Assembly: GCA_022451945.1 (NCBI GenBank)
Contig: JAKUNK010000011.1
Coordinates: forward strand, 21,255-85,254
Reading direction: 5' to 3'
Source: Dehalococcoidia bacterium
GTDB taxonomy: Bacteria; Chloroflexota; Dehalococcoidia; Lucifugimonadales; UBA3495
Length of the DNA: 64,000 bases
Shown: one piece after another, positions 18,392-27,790 of the stretch
Position numbering within the stretch: position 1 is the first letter of the stretch
Layout: each line of letters begins with the position of its first letter
The notes under the pieces: generated by a model
What the model saw: the letters and a program-made list of their open reading frames with translations, nothing else
What the model was told of the DNA's origin: nothing
The model's database searches: none
Translations under genes and position numbers: made by a program

Positions 18392-18510
18392 GGTCTGTCC
18401 TTTGGCCCTATGTTAGAATGGGCCGGAATTTCCGCCGCTCCGAGTCACGATTGCGCAAAGATTGCGCGTGTCTGGGTCAGGCAACAACTCTGATACTAAA
18501 AAGGTGCATC

Positions 18511-19371
18511 ATGGACTTTACCACGAGAAGGGAGAGATACCGGGGCATACTGGCTGGCGACAAGTGCGTTTACCCCGGGTCGGTGTTTGACCCCATCTCG
18601 GCTCGCATCGCCGAGGACCTGGGATTCGAGGTCGGCATGTTTGCCGGTTCTATCGCTTCAGGCACGGTGTTGGGGGCGCCTGACCTGATAGTGTTGACGC
18701 TAACCGAGTTCGCCCAGCAGATCCACCGTATCTGCCGCGCCGGGGACCTTAGCTTGATGGTGGACGCCGACCACGGGTACGGTAATGCCCTGAACGTGAT
18801 GCGGACTGTCGAGGAATTGGAGACCGCTGGGGTCTCGGCGTTGACTATCGAGGATACTGTGCTGCCGAGGACTTTTGGTGGCGGCGCCGATACTGTGCTA
18901 CCCATCGACGAGGGTGTTGGCAAGATGAAAGCGGCTCTGGCGGCGCGGCGAGACCCTAACATGGTTGTTGCCGGGCGTACAAGCTCTCTGCGCATCACCG
19001 ACCTAGCCGACACTATCGCCAGGGTAAAAGCTTATGAGCAAGCAGGAGTGGACGCCGTGTTCCTGGCTGGTGCGTCCACCAAAGCTGAGGTGGAGGCCGT
19101 AAGTTCAGAGATGAATATCCCTCTACTTTTGGGAGGCACCTCAGGGGAGTTGGCCGACAAGGATTATCTGGGATCGGTAGGAGTGAAAGTCGCATTGCAA
19201 GGGCACCTGCCTTTCGCGGCCGCTATCAAGGCGACTTATGACACCCTGAAAGCTCTGCGGGACGGTGTAGCGCCCGCCGACCTGAGCCCCCAGTTAGCTA
19301 CAACGGCGCAGATTGACCAATTTACCCGCAAGGCTGACTACGCCAAATGGACGACCGACTTCCTTAGCTAG
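18511..19371 (+). CDS. isocitrate lyase / PEP mutase superfamily enzyme (oxaloacetate decarboxylase or methylisocitrate lyase-like)
   Basis: From MDFTTRRERYRGILAGDKCVYPGSVFDPISARIAEDLGFE; motifs DADHGYGNA and ALTIEDT. I prefer the ATG at 18511 over the ORF-track start at 18418. Confidence 0.8.
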   Translation: MDFTTRRERYRGILAGDKCVYPGSVFDPISARIAEDLGFEVGMFAGSIASGTVLGAPDLIVLTLTEFAQQIHRICRAGDLSLMVDADHGYGNALNVMRTVEELETAGVSALTIEDTVLPRTFGGGADTVLPIDEGVGKMKAALAARRDPNMVVAGRTSSLRITDLADTIARVKAYEQAGVDAVFLAGASTKAEVEAVSSEMNIPLLLGGTSGELADKDYLGSVGVKVALQGHLPFAAAIKATYDTLKALRDGVAPADLSPQLATTAQIDQFTRKADYAKWTTDFLS

Positions 19372-19390
19372 CAGCCACATACTCGATCAA

Positions 19391-19439
19391 GGGCACAAGG
19401 TGCCCAGACCACTTAGATGAAGTCTGGGCACCTTGTGCC
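19391..19439 (+). terminator. long stem-loop after the ICL-family gene; possible terminator
   Basis: GGGCACAAGGTGCCCAGAC / GTCTGGGCACCTTGTGCC pairs about 18 bp. Each arm also contains its own mini-palindrome GGCAC..GTGCC. There is no U-tract. Confidence 0.4.
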
Positions 19440-19627
19440 TAAAGCGTTTGAAAGAGCAGGATTAGAACACAAGGTAGAATTGACCTTATGCCGCTTTTCG
19501 AGACTGACATGGGTTCACCAGTGGCTGATATTGGGGTACACTAGGGCCTCGAATTGCCCTTGGTCCCATCTGGTTCTGCAGTGGCCAAGGCCGGAATCAA
19601 GAATCGCATTTCAGAAGGAGCATAACC

Positions 19628-20017
19628 GTGAAGATTTCTATGAACCACCTTCATTTCCGCAGTGCAGACCCGGATTCAGCCGCCAAGTGGTATTGCGACA
19701 ATTTCGGAGCTGAGATTACATCTGAGCGACCTCTTTCAACCACCAAGTCCATCCAGCTTGGACTGAACGGTGATCATTTGATGACTATCTCAGGCCGCGC
19801 CGAAGGAGAGGACCCCATCGCCGGGACCACCGAGCCCCGCTACGGCCTGGACCACTTTGGGTTCGAGACCGATGACCTGATGGCACTGTCTGAAAGGCTC
19901 AAAGCCAATAAGGTTAAGTTCAACTGCGAGCCCTGGACCATGCCCTCTGGCTCAATGGTCGCATTCGTAGTCGCCCCTGACGAAGTCTCTGTAGAACTGA
20001 TTCAACGCCCAGCTTAA
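19628..20017 (+). CDS. VOC (glyoxalase/bleomycin resistance/dioxygenase) family protein
   Basis: 129 aa. NHLHFRSADPDSAAKWYCDNFGAEI and GLDHFGFETDD show the paired beta-alpha-beta-beta-beta pattern. GTG start with AGGAG 7 nt upstream. Confidence 0.75.
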   Translation: MKISMNHLHFRSADPDSAAKWYCDNFGAEITSERPLSTTKSIQLGLNGDHLMTISGRAEGEDPIAGTTEPRYGLDHFGFETDDLMALSERLKANKVKFNCEPWTMPSGSMVAFVVAPDEVSVELIQRPA

Positions 20018-20150
20018 GGATCACATCCGCCGTCATTCTGGCGAAAACCAGAATCCACTCGGTCAGGATGTCCGGCTGATTGCCAATCGCTCGTCACCGC
20101 CCTTCTACAGGTTAAAGACCAACGAAAGGGTAGCCATTCGGTCTTAAGAA

Positions 20151-21011
20151 CTAGTCCGGGGAGATGCTGTCGAAGATGTCCTCCGGCACTGTCTCTCCGG
20201 CGGATACATCGGGTCTAGCGCGGATGTAATACTCCCGCCCCATTACCCACTCGGCTATCTCTCTGGGCACCCGGTGATAAGGCCAGCTAGGGGCCACCTG
20301 AGTCCGGTGGCACAGGATACAGGCCATCTTGGCTTCCAAGTGGTCTGATAGGTCTAATGTCAGGTGTATCTCCTCCGGCGGATTTCCGTGGGTCAGCTGC
20401 TCAGGAGATGGCAGCGGGAAATCTTCCCCAGCGGCGCGCAGCTTGTTGGCCCATTCCAGCCTGAATCCTTTCGGACGTGCGCTGTAGAAGAGACGTTGGG
20501 GCGCATGGGGTTTCAAACCGTTCGTCAACTGTTCGGGGAACGCTGTCGGCTCCGATGCTAGATCGAACGCTTGGGTGGTTTGCTTGGAGATGGCGATATG
20601 ATCAGGATGGCCATAGAGCCCGCCTGGCTCAAATGTCAGGACCACTTGGGGCCGAAATCCCCTTATCTCTCTCACCAATCTCTCCACCACCACATTGTCG
20701 GGAGCATTGATATATGCCTGCGGATGATTGTTGGCGTCCCACCCGGCCATGCCAGAATCCCGGTACTCTAGCAATTCGTGGCTCTCAAGCCCCAGAGCCC
20801 GAACGGCGCAGGAAAGTTCTATACGCCGGATCTCCCCTAGAGTCTCCTTGGTGGCAGAACCTTCCTGACGGATCTCTCCCTCTTCGCCTAGCGTGGTTGT
20901 CACCAGGCGGACCCTCCGGCCCTCCGCCACGTTACTCGCCAGCAATCCCCCCACGGGGAAAGCCTCGTCGTCAGGGTGGGCAAAGCAAGCCAAAAGCCTC
21001 AGGTCAGCCAT
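20151..21011 (-). CDS. PIG-L/LmbE family deacetylase (MshB/Mca-like)
   Basis: Motifs LACFAHPDDEA and GHPDH; 286 aa. Confidence 0.85.
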   Translation of the reverse strand: MADLRLLACFAHPDDEAFPVGGLLASNVAEGRRVRLVTTTLGEEGEIRQEGSATKETLGEIRRIELSCAVRALGLESHELLEYRDSGMAGWDANNHPQAYINAPDNVVVERLVREIRGFRPQVVLTFEPGGLYGHPDHIAISKQTTQAFDLASEPTAFPEQLTNGLKPHAPQRLFYSARPKGFRLEWANKLRAAGEDFPLPSPEQLTHGNPPEEIHLTLDLSDHLEAKMACILCHRTQVAPSWPYHRVPREIAEWVMGREYYIRARPDVSAGETVPEDIFDSISPD

Positions 21012-21214
21012 ATCTTCGTTCCTCTTTCGTTAACTAACAAACTACGGAGTTCCAATGTTACCTTCGTAGCCACAAGATGGAAACCAGGGAGTAACAGGCC
21101 GTTTGACAGCCTATATAGGGGTCTCTAAAATCCTGTTTATGACGTCCCAGTAGACCCTCTCTTCCGTACTTGAAGTCGGATCCGCAACACCATCCAACCG
21201 ATTTGGAGACCACG

Positions 21215-22186
21215 ATGTCCGAGTTGTTAGGCCTTGGTTGTTCCCACGGACCCATCATACTCACGCCGCCCGAAGCCTGGCATAGGAGCCGGGAACGAAT
21301 CTTCGGACGCAATCCCAACTTCCAACCGCCGCCCGCGCTGGTCAACGAACTAGGGGATGACAATGGCCTGACCCAGGACCGCATAGACCAGCAGAAGGTC
21401 GTTGAAGCTTTCGGGGTTATGCGGGACCGTCTCCACGAGTGGAACCCTGACGTCGTCATGGTGATAGGTGACGACCAATCAGAGAATTTTAAGCAGGATA
21501 ACCTGCCTCCCTTCTGCCTCTACACGGGAGACGAGGTGGATGGATACCCCTTCCGCAACATAGGTGGTAGCAATAATAGTTGGGATGCCGCAGCCGAGAC
21601 CAAGTTCACCTTCCAGTGTCCGCAGCGCTTTTCCAAGGACATGCGTAACTTCCTGATCCGAGATGGTATCGATATGGCTACTTCGAGCGCCTTGAAGGGC
21701 TGGGATTGGGGTCTGGCTCACGCCATCATCAACCCTCTGGTTTACCTAGACCCAGAAGGGAAATTCCCTCTACTGCCCCTCTTCGTGAATTGCTACGGGG
21801 AAGAGGCTGGTCCGGACTACCCGCCCCGGCCGACGGCCAAGCGCTGTTACGAGGTTGGGCAGTCCATACGCCGGTTCCTGGATACCAGAGCCGAGCGGGT
21901 GGCGATTGTTGCATCGTCGAGCTGGTCTCACAGTTTCCTGGCCCATAAGCACAACTGCTCGGCCATAGACTTGGAGACCGATCGGCGCTATCTGGATTTG
22001 GTCCGCGAAGGTCATGGCAGCCAACTGGCCGAGGTTACTCCCGAGGAACTACAGGACTCAGGAGACCACGAGATCTTGAACTGGATAATCGCTCTAGGAG
22101 TATTGGGCGACGTTCCAGCGGAGATAGTAGATGTTAGGGAATCGCACACCCAATTGGCATTCCGGGTGGCGGCCCTCTGGGGATAA
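21215..22186 (+). CDS. class III extradiol ring-cleavage dioxygenase-like protein (LigB superfamily)
   Basis: From MSELLGLGCSHGPII; IVASSSWSHSF matches the G-x-G-x-SH position of LigB/MhpB enzymes. ATG at 21215 with GGAG 6 nt upstream. Confidence 0.6.
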   Translation: MSELLGLGCSHGPIILTPPEAWHRSRERIFGRNPNFQPPPALVNELGDDNGLTQDRIDQQKVVEAFGVMRDRLHEWNPDVVMVIGDDQSENFKQDNLPPFCLYTGDEVDGYPFRNIGGSNNSWDAAAETKFTFQCPQRFSKDMRNFLIRDGIDMATSSALKGWDWGLAHAIINPLVYLDPEGKFPLLPLFVNCYGEEAGPDYPPRPTAKRCYEVGQSIRRFLDTRAERVAIVASSSWSHSFLAHKHNCSAIDLETDRRYLDLVREGHGSQLAEVTPEELQDSGDHEILNWIIALGVLGDVPAEIVDVRESHTQLAFRVAALWG

Positions 22187-22252
22187 CCCAAACTTAAAGT
22201 AACAACTAGCTGGCGAAAGACCCGACTGGGCCAACCCACCTCAGGAGGAAAG

Positions 22253-23335
22253 ATGCACTACGGCCTAATCATGGAAGGCGACTACCGGTACGGGCACTCA
22301 GAAGAAGAGGCTTTTGACGAGGCCTTCGCCATGGCAGATGCCGCCGAAAACGGGGGTCTAGACGGAATTTGGCTGGCCGAGCGCCATTTCGCAGCGCCTC
22401 GCGGTCCGTTGGATACAATGGGGGCCGGAATCCCGTCGATCGTCTCAGTGCCGCTGATAATGTCTGCTGCCATCGCAGCCCGGACAGAGCGCATCAGGAT
22501 TGGCGCGGCAGTGAACGTTTTGCCTTTGAATCACCCCGTACGAATTGCCGAAGAGGTGGCAACGGTGGATCAAATAAGCGGGGGCAGGGTCGATTTTGGC
22601 GTGGGCCGGAGTGGGTTCGCCAGGGCCTATGAGGGCTATGACATCCCCTACGGAGAAAGCCGGGACCGGTTCCAGGAAAATTTGGAGATTATCCTGGCGG
22701 CCTGGAACAATGAGCGCTTCTCCTATTCAGGCAAGTACTATGACCTGAACGATGTCTGCGTCATCCCAAAGCCTCGTCAGAAGCCCCACCCGCCCCTGAG
22801 GATTGCCGCCACTACCAAGGAGACATTTCCTCAGGTAGGCGCGGCAGGGTATCCTGTATTTGTGGGTCTGAGAGGATTGGATAGGCCTGACTTGGTTAAG
22901 CTCCTTGAAGAGTACCGAAAGGCCTGGAAAGATGCCGGCCACCCAGGCAATGGGGACGTGTACATCCGGATACCGATTTACGTGGGTAGATCTAAACAAG
23001 AGGCTTACGACGAAGCCGAGGAAAGCACCATGCGTTCCTATCGGCGTCTAGCTCAGAACTTCAGTCTGTCGGCTGCTTCAGCCGGGACGGTCGCGTCAGA
23101 AGAGCGTGTGGTGCGGGGTGAGCGCCTTTCGGCGGTGACCTATGAGGAGTTGATCCGCGACCGGCTGGCCTATGGAAGCCCCGAAGACGTGATCAAGCTG
23201 TTGAAAGAGATTACCGAGGAGATGGGTCTTTCGGGCATAGTCGCCGAGGCTAATGTTGGCGGACTGATTCCGCGGGAGAAAGTGGCAGCGTCCATCGACC
23301 TGTTCTGTAAAGAGGTTGTTCCAGCACTTCGGTAG
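22253..23335 (+). CDS. LLM-class (luciferase-like) flavin/F420-dependent oxidoreductase
   Basis: Motifs GLDGIWLAERHF and QISGGRVDFGVGRSG; 360 aa. Confidence 0.85.
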   Translation: MHYGLIMEGDYRYGHSEEEAFDEAFAMADAAENGGLDGIWLAERHFAAPRGPLDTMGAGIPSIVSVPLIMSAAIAARTERIRIGAAVNVLPLNHPVRIAEEVATVDQISGGRVDFGVGRSGFARAYEGYDIPYGESRDRFQENLEIILAAWNNERFSYSGKYYDLNDVCVIPKPRQKPHPPLRIAATTKETFPQVGAAGYPVFVGLRGLDRPDLVKLLEEYRKAWKDAGHPGNGDVYIRIPIYVGRSKQEAYDEAEESTMRSYRRLAQNFSLSAASAGTVASEERVVRGERLSAVTYEELIRDRLAYGSPEDVIKLLKEITEEMGLSGIVAEANVGGLIPREKVAASIDLFCKEVVPALR

Positions 23336-23467
23336 TCGGAAAGATCACATCAGCGATGGGGACGGGCATCAGAACCGCGCTTTTCATTTGCCGCCATAGT
23401 TGCGGAAGGAATGTGGATCTCGGTCCGTAAGATTTGATTCGAAGCAGTGCGAGTTAAAACCCATCCC

Positions 23468-24232
23468 CTACGGATGTATCCTAGGCATCACGTAGTCATT
23501 GATCGCCACGGCCAGCCCATCGTCTGCTATAGAAGGTGCCACGAAGCCGGCTGCTTCCTTGACCTCTTGTGGCGCGTCGCCCATGGCGATGCTGACTCCG
23601 CATGACACCAGCATCGGCAGGTCGTTGTAGCTGTCTCCAACTGCCACTATGTTGCCAGGGTCGATGCCCAGGGTCTGACCGACCCGTGACACTCCGGTAG
23701 CTTTATCGACCCCGGCCAGAGTGAAGTCCACCGCCCACAGCCCGTTATAGGGCAGCACCGCTTTGATCACAGTCATCTGGTCGTGGTCTTTAAAGTGACT
23801 GGCCAAGGTATCGGCTGTGTCCTCATCCATGTCTAGGGCTGAGACACGGATCAGGTGCCAATTGGGGACGTCGTCAAAGGTGCTGGCGGTTCCGTTGGCG
23901 TGGGTAGCGACGAAGGCAGCACCCATCTCTCTGAGTTTGGTTACTACTACCTCCGCGCTGGCCGGGCATAACGGGGCAGTCCAAGTCGAAACACCTTGGA
24001 TTGGGTCTAGTATATTGGCCCCTCCGTCGCACAGTTGTGGCGTGGTTAGGTTTAACTCCCTGGCATATCGCAGCACATCAGCTGGCTCTCGACCGGTGGC
24101 TATGAAAACAGGTATGTGTCTTACCAATCGGGCGATGGCTTCTTGGACTGCCTGGGATATCTTTTCATCGGGGCCGATGATAGTGCCGTCTAGGTCTAGG
24201 GCTGCTGCCAGGATGGAAGAACTGTTGAGCAT
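23468..24232 (-). CDS. HAD-IIB (Cof-type) phosphatase
   Basis: From MLNSSSILAAALDLDGTII (DxDGT motif I) with a C-terminal GDSYNDLPM (motif IV). The ATG at 24232 has an AAGGA SD. The longer track ORF would overlap the upstream terminator and gene. Confidence 0.8.
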   Translation of the reverse strand: MLNSSSILAAALDLDGTIIGPDEKISQAVQEAIARLVRHIPVFIATGREPADVLRYARELNLTTPQLCDGGANILDPIQGVSTWTAPLCPASAEVVVTKLREMGAAFVATHANGTASTFDDVPNWHLIRVSALDMDEDTADTLASHFKDHDQMTVIKAVLPYNGLWAVDFTLAGVDKATGVSRVGQTLGIDPGNIVAVGDSYNDLPMLVSCGVSIAMGDAPQEVKEAAGFVAPSIADDGLAVAINDYVMPRIHP

Positions 24233-24289
24233 CACGTCCTTGTGCGCCGATTTTAGTAGGGTAGTTCTACATGACGGTGATTCGGGACT

Positions 24290-24327
24290 AACGAAAAAAG
24301 AAAGGCCCCCGGAATGTTCGGAGGCCT
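24290..24327 (-). terminator. Rho-independent terminator after the VOC gene
   Basis: Minus strand: GGCCTCCGA-loop-TCCGGGGGCC stem with one mismatch, followed by TTTCTTTTTTCGTT. Confidence 0.5.
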
Positions 24328-24356
24328 CTTGGTCCATGCTTTCTTGAGAATGTGGT

Positions 24357-24812
24357 CTAGTCGAAGACCAACTCTGTGTTCTTGCGCTCTGGGCTGCGCA
24401 TGAGGGCCAGGCCATCGGCCGGGTCTTCTTGGGAGTTGCAGAACAACTCGATCCCGTTGCCTTCTGGGTCTTTGATGTAGATGCTGCGGGTCATGCCGTG
24501 GTCGGTGGTCCGCAGTTCGGAATCCTCGAAGTATGACTGGAGCTTGTGGTAGTACTCAGTGAGTTCTTCAAAGTCGGCGACTTCGATGGCCATGTGGTTC
24601 AGACCGACATCGCCGTCGGCGGTATCGGCAGCGCCTTCAGGAGCCTGGAAGATGGCCAGGTCGTGGTGCATCTCACCGGCGGTCAGGAAAGTGCCGAAGC
24701 CGGGTCGCTCAAGAGCTATATCAAATCCGATGACGTCGGTGTAGAACTTAGTGGCTGCGTCAAGGTCTTTGGCGTTGATGACCAGATGGCCGATTCTCGT
24801 GGGTTTAGGCAT
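24357..24812 (-). CDS. VOC family protein (small extradiol dioxygenase/glyoxalase-like)
   Basis: Motifs RIGHLVINAKDLDAATKFYTDVIGF, HHDLAIF and LNHMAIEV; 151 aa. Confidence 0.75.
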   Translation of the reverse strand: MPKPTRIGHLVINAKDLDAATKFYTDVIGFDIALERPGFGTFLTAGEMHHDLAIFQAPEGAADTADGDVGLNHMAIEVADFEELTEYYHKLQSYFEDSELRTTDHGMTRSIYIKDPEGNGIELFCNSQEDPADGLALMRSPERKNTELVFD

Positions 24813-24936
24813 ATCCGTCCTCCTATATCTGCCCGGAAACCAGGCTGTTGTAGATGGGGTCTTGCGCTGGATATTGATAATTATTGTTCGTAATACTATA
24901 CCTTTTTGCTACCCATATTCCAAGGGGTTAGTCGTA

Positions 24937-26391
24937 TCACCATTCACGCTCTAGGAACTGCTGGACCCGGTCCATGGCAGGAGTCTTATTGTAGCCCTGG
25001 TAGAGTAGCATGGTGTTCCGCACTGGGTCTCCGCCGAAGAAACGTTCGTAGAGCGTTTGCCGACCGCCAAACGCGCTGCATGCCACGTCCCAGGCTAGGT
25101 GGAACAACCTGACCCGGTCCCGTGCATCCGTGGAATCCGTAGCCAGGTACTTCTCCAATTCAGGTGTTATCTCTGCGGTAAAGTCGGCTTCAGACGGTAA
25201 ACCCATTAGGCTGCTTGACCCGAGGAGTTGTATTATCTCGGCCATACGAGGGTACATGGTCCCAGAGAACATAGCCCTGGCAGCGGTTAACGGTCCGAAC
25301 GCTGGGCACATCACTCCCCATTCGTTCAGCTTTGCGTCGGCTTCGGCGGCTCGCACGCAGGCTTTCATCATCTCGAGATTGACTATGATCTCGCCGATTC
25401 GTTCTTGAACATGGGGCACCTGTGTTGATCCTAAGGTCTCGGCCATGAGGGACGTTAGTCCCAGCAGGAATTCGGTCTTGACCACCGTGCGGTTGACCAC
25501 CTGGTGCCCGGTATGTGAGGTGGACTGCGTAGCGGCAGCGAAGTTGTTGCAGAGGTCCACGTCTCCCAGCAGAAACACCCGCTCCCAGGGTACGAAGACG
25601 TTGTCGAAAAAGACCAGAGAGTCCATCTCCTCGAACCTGGAACCCAGAGGATGGTCGAAATTGGATCGACCCATGTCGAGACTTTCCCTGCATATGAATT
25701 TCATACCTGGAGTGGCGCAGGGCAGAGCGAATGAGAACGCCTGTTTTTTGGCTTCTTCGCCTAGCAGATGAGTGCGGGTTGGATAGACGGCTATCTCATC
25801 CGATATTGGGCCGAGAGTTGCCAATATGCGGCTGCCGTGCACCAGTATTCCGGAATCGGTCTCTTCCACCACGGTTAATGCAACTTGGTCTTCAAGCTTG
25901 TCTAGCACCGAAGGGTTACGGCTGCGTTGCAGGTTCACCAAAGTGTGGGTCAGAGTCAGGTCGTTCTCCCGGATGTATTCGTGGTAACGCAGCACATTGT
26001 CTTTGGAGTCGGAGCGGTTGGCCGAGAAGTATTCGGCCGAGCCGGCCCAGCCTGAGATTGCGCAGTTCAAGAAATCCGGGGTTCGAGCCATCATGCCGCA
26101 GCTCTCCCACGCCCAGGCGGTCATCATATCCCTGCGTTTCACCAGGTCATCTACGGTCTTGGGAACGATGAACGACAACCCGACAGGATCGCCCGACGTG
26201 GGAGACTCGAACGTCATGGTGTCCTTGGTGTTTGGGTTGTGCTGGAGGTCGTAGAGGGTAGCCAGAGAGTGCACGCCGTTCTGGAAGGCTGGATGGATCG
26301 TAACATCTTCGACCTTCTCGCCACCGATCCAGACTTCTGCAGGATTTTCAGATAGTTTGTCGATGTATTGCTGCCCTGAGCGAGCAGGCAT
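24937..26391 (-). CDS. 4-hydroxyphenylacetate 3-monooxygenase oxygenase component family (HpaB-like)
   Basis: N-terminus SGQQYIDKLSENPAEVWIGGEKVEDVTIHPAFQNGVHSLATLYD is the HpaB signature start; 484 aa. Confidence 0.85.
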   Translation of the reverse strand: MPARSGQQYIDKLSENPAEVWIGGEKVEDVTIHPAFQNGVHSLATLYDLQHNPNTKDTMTFESPTSGDPVGLSFIVPKTVDDLVKRRDMMTAWAWESCGMMARTPDFLNCAISGWAGSAEYFSANRSDSKDNVLRYHEYIRENDLTLTHTLVNLQRSRNPSVLDKLEDQVALTVVEETDSGILVHGSRILATLGPISDEIAVYPTRTHLLGEEAKKQAFSFALPCATPGMKFICRESLDMGRSNFDHPLGSRFEEMDSLVFFDNVFVPWERVFLLGDVDLCNNFAAATQSTSHTGHQVVNRTVVKTEFLLGLTSLMAETLGSTQVPHVQERIGEIIVNLEMMKACVRAAEADAKLNEWGVMCPAFGPLTAARAMFSGTMYPRMAEIIQLLGSSSLMGLPSEADFTAEITPELEKYLATDSTDARDRVRLFHLAWDVACSAFGGRQTLYERFFGGDPVRNTMLLYQGYNKTPAMDRVQQFLEREW

Positions 26392-26639
26392 GGAACAGTC
26401 TCCAATTCAGCCATCGTAACGGCCTGACTCCAAGTTGAGGCGAGTGTAGCAGTGGCCCTATGAGGTGTCAAAACGCTTGGGAACGCGACCCATTCCATCA
26501 GAATGTCAAGCGCACTGGCACCTGCTCGAGTATCGATTCCCTATTGGTTGTGGTATGTTACCGCCGTAATATTGGCCTCGTGATGGCCAGGGCCTAATGT
26601 GTTTGTGAAAGACCCATTAGACAGTCGTAGGAGGAATTC

Positions 26640-27746
26640 ATGAAAGGCCGAGTCGTTGTCTGCAAGGAATATGGCAAACCCTTCGTTATCGAAGAATACG
26701 ACGTGCCTGAGCCCGCTCCCGGTGCAGTCATACTCCGCATGACTCAAGCTGGCGTCTGCGGTTCAGACCTGCACACCTGGCGGGGTGACCAGAACAACCG
26801 TGATCTGCCTCTGCCGCCCACCGGCCGAGCCATGGGCCATGAGGGCACAGGCGTCATTGAGATTCTGGGAGAAGGCGTCGAGACTGACTCCGCTGGAGCT
26901 CCGATTAAGAAGGGAGACCGCGTCATCTACGCCGCCGTCTTCCCCTGCTACCACTGCCGCCAGTGCTTAAAGGGCAACACCAACTGGTGCATGAACCGTA
27001 ACTATCCTGCCGCTGGAGTATGGCCCTATTTCGTGGCGACCTACTCGGATTACCTCTATTTGCCAGATCGCCATCCCTTCTTCAAGGTGCCCGACGAGTT
27101 GGACGACAACATCTTGGGGCCGGTGAACTGCGCTATGGGCACGGTCACCACTGGACTGATCAGGGCCCAAGCGGGCGAGGGTGACTATGTGGTGATTCAG
27201 GGAGCCGGCGGACTTGGCATCCACGCCACTGCCATGGCCAAAGAAATGGGCGCAGACCGGGTAATCGTCATGGATCGCCTTGAGAACCGCCTGGAGCTCG
27301 CGGAGCAATTCGGTGCCGATTACACCATCAATATCGAGGAATTCAATACGCCCGAGACCAGGCTTAGCCGGGTTAGGGAACTGACCGACGGCCGCGGTGC
27401 CGACGTGGTCATGGAATTGGTGGGCAGGGCCGAACTGCTCGCTGAAGGCATCGATATGCTCAGCAATGGCGGTACGTTCGTCGAGATTGGCGACATCGTC
27501 CGAGGGAAAGAGGTGTCTATAGACCCATCTAAGTTGCTTACCGGCAAGAACATCGTCGGCTCCCTGATGTACAAGCCGGAGTTACTACCCAGACTGCTTA
27601 ACTTCCTGGTTAGAAAGCAAGACTCGCTGCCATTCGAGAAGATAGTCTCGCACACCTTCCCGTTGGCCGAGGTTAACGATGCGTTTGTTCAGGCGGAATG
27701 GGACCAGAGTCAGACACCCATCACCAGGGCGATGCTTGTTCCATAA
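26640..27746 (+). CDS. zinc-dependent alcohol dehydrogenase (MDR family)
   Basis: Motifs GVCGSDLH and GHEGTGVI, structural Zn cysteines CYHCRQCLKGNTNWC, and Rossmann GAGGLG. Confidence 0.85.
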   Translation: MKGRVVVCKEYGKPFVIEEYDVPEPAPGAVILRMTQAGVCGSDLHTWRGDQNNRDLPLPPTGRAMGHEGTGVIEILGEGVETDSAGAPIKKGDRVIYAAVFPCYHCRQCLKGNTNWCMNRNYPAAGVWPYFVATYSDYLYLPDRHPFFKVPDELDDNILGPVNCAMGTVTTGLIRAQAGEGDYVVIQGAGGLGIHATAMAKEMGADRVIVMDRLENRLELAEQFGADYTINIEEFNTPETRLSRVRELTDGRGADVVMELVGRAELLAEGIDMLSNGGTFVEIGDIVRGKEVSIDPSKLLTGKNIVGSLMYKPELLPRLLNFLVRKQDSLPFEKIVSHTFPLAEVNDAFVQAEWDQSQTPITRAMLVP

Positions 27747-27790
27747 GCCTTGTATTCGGTTTGATTAATAAAAAACCCTAGGGGATGGTG

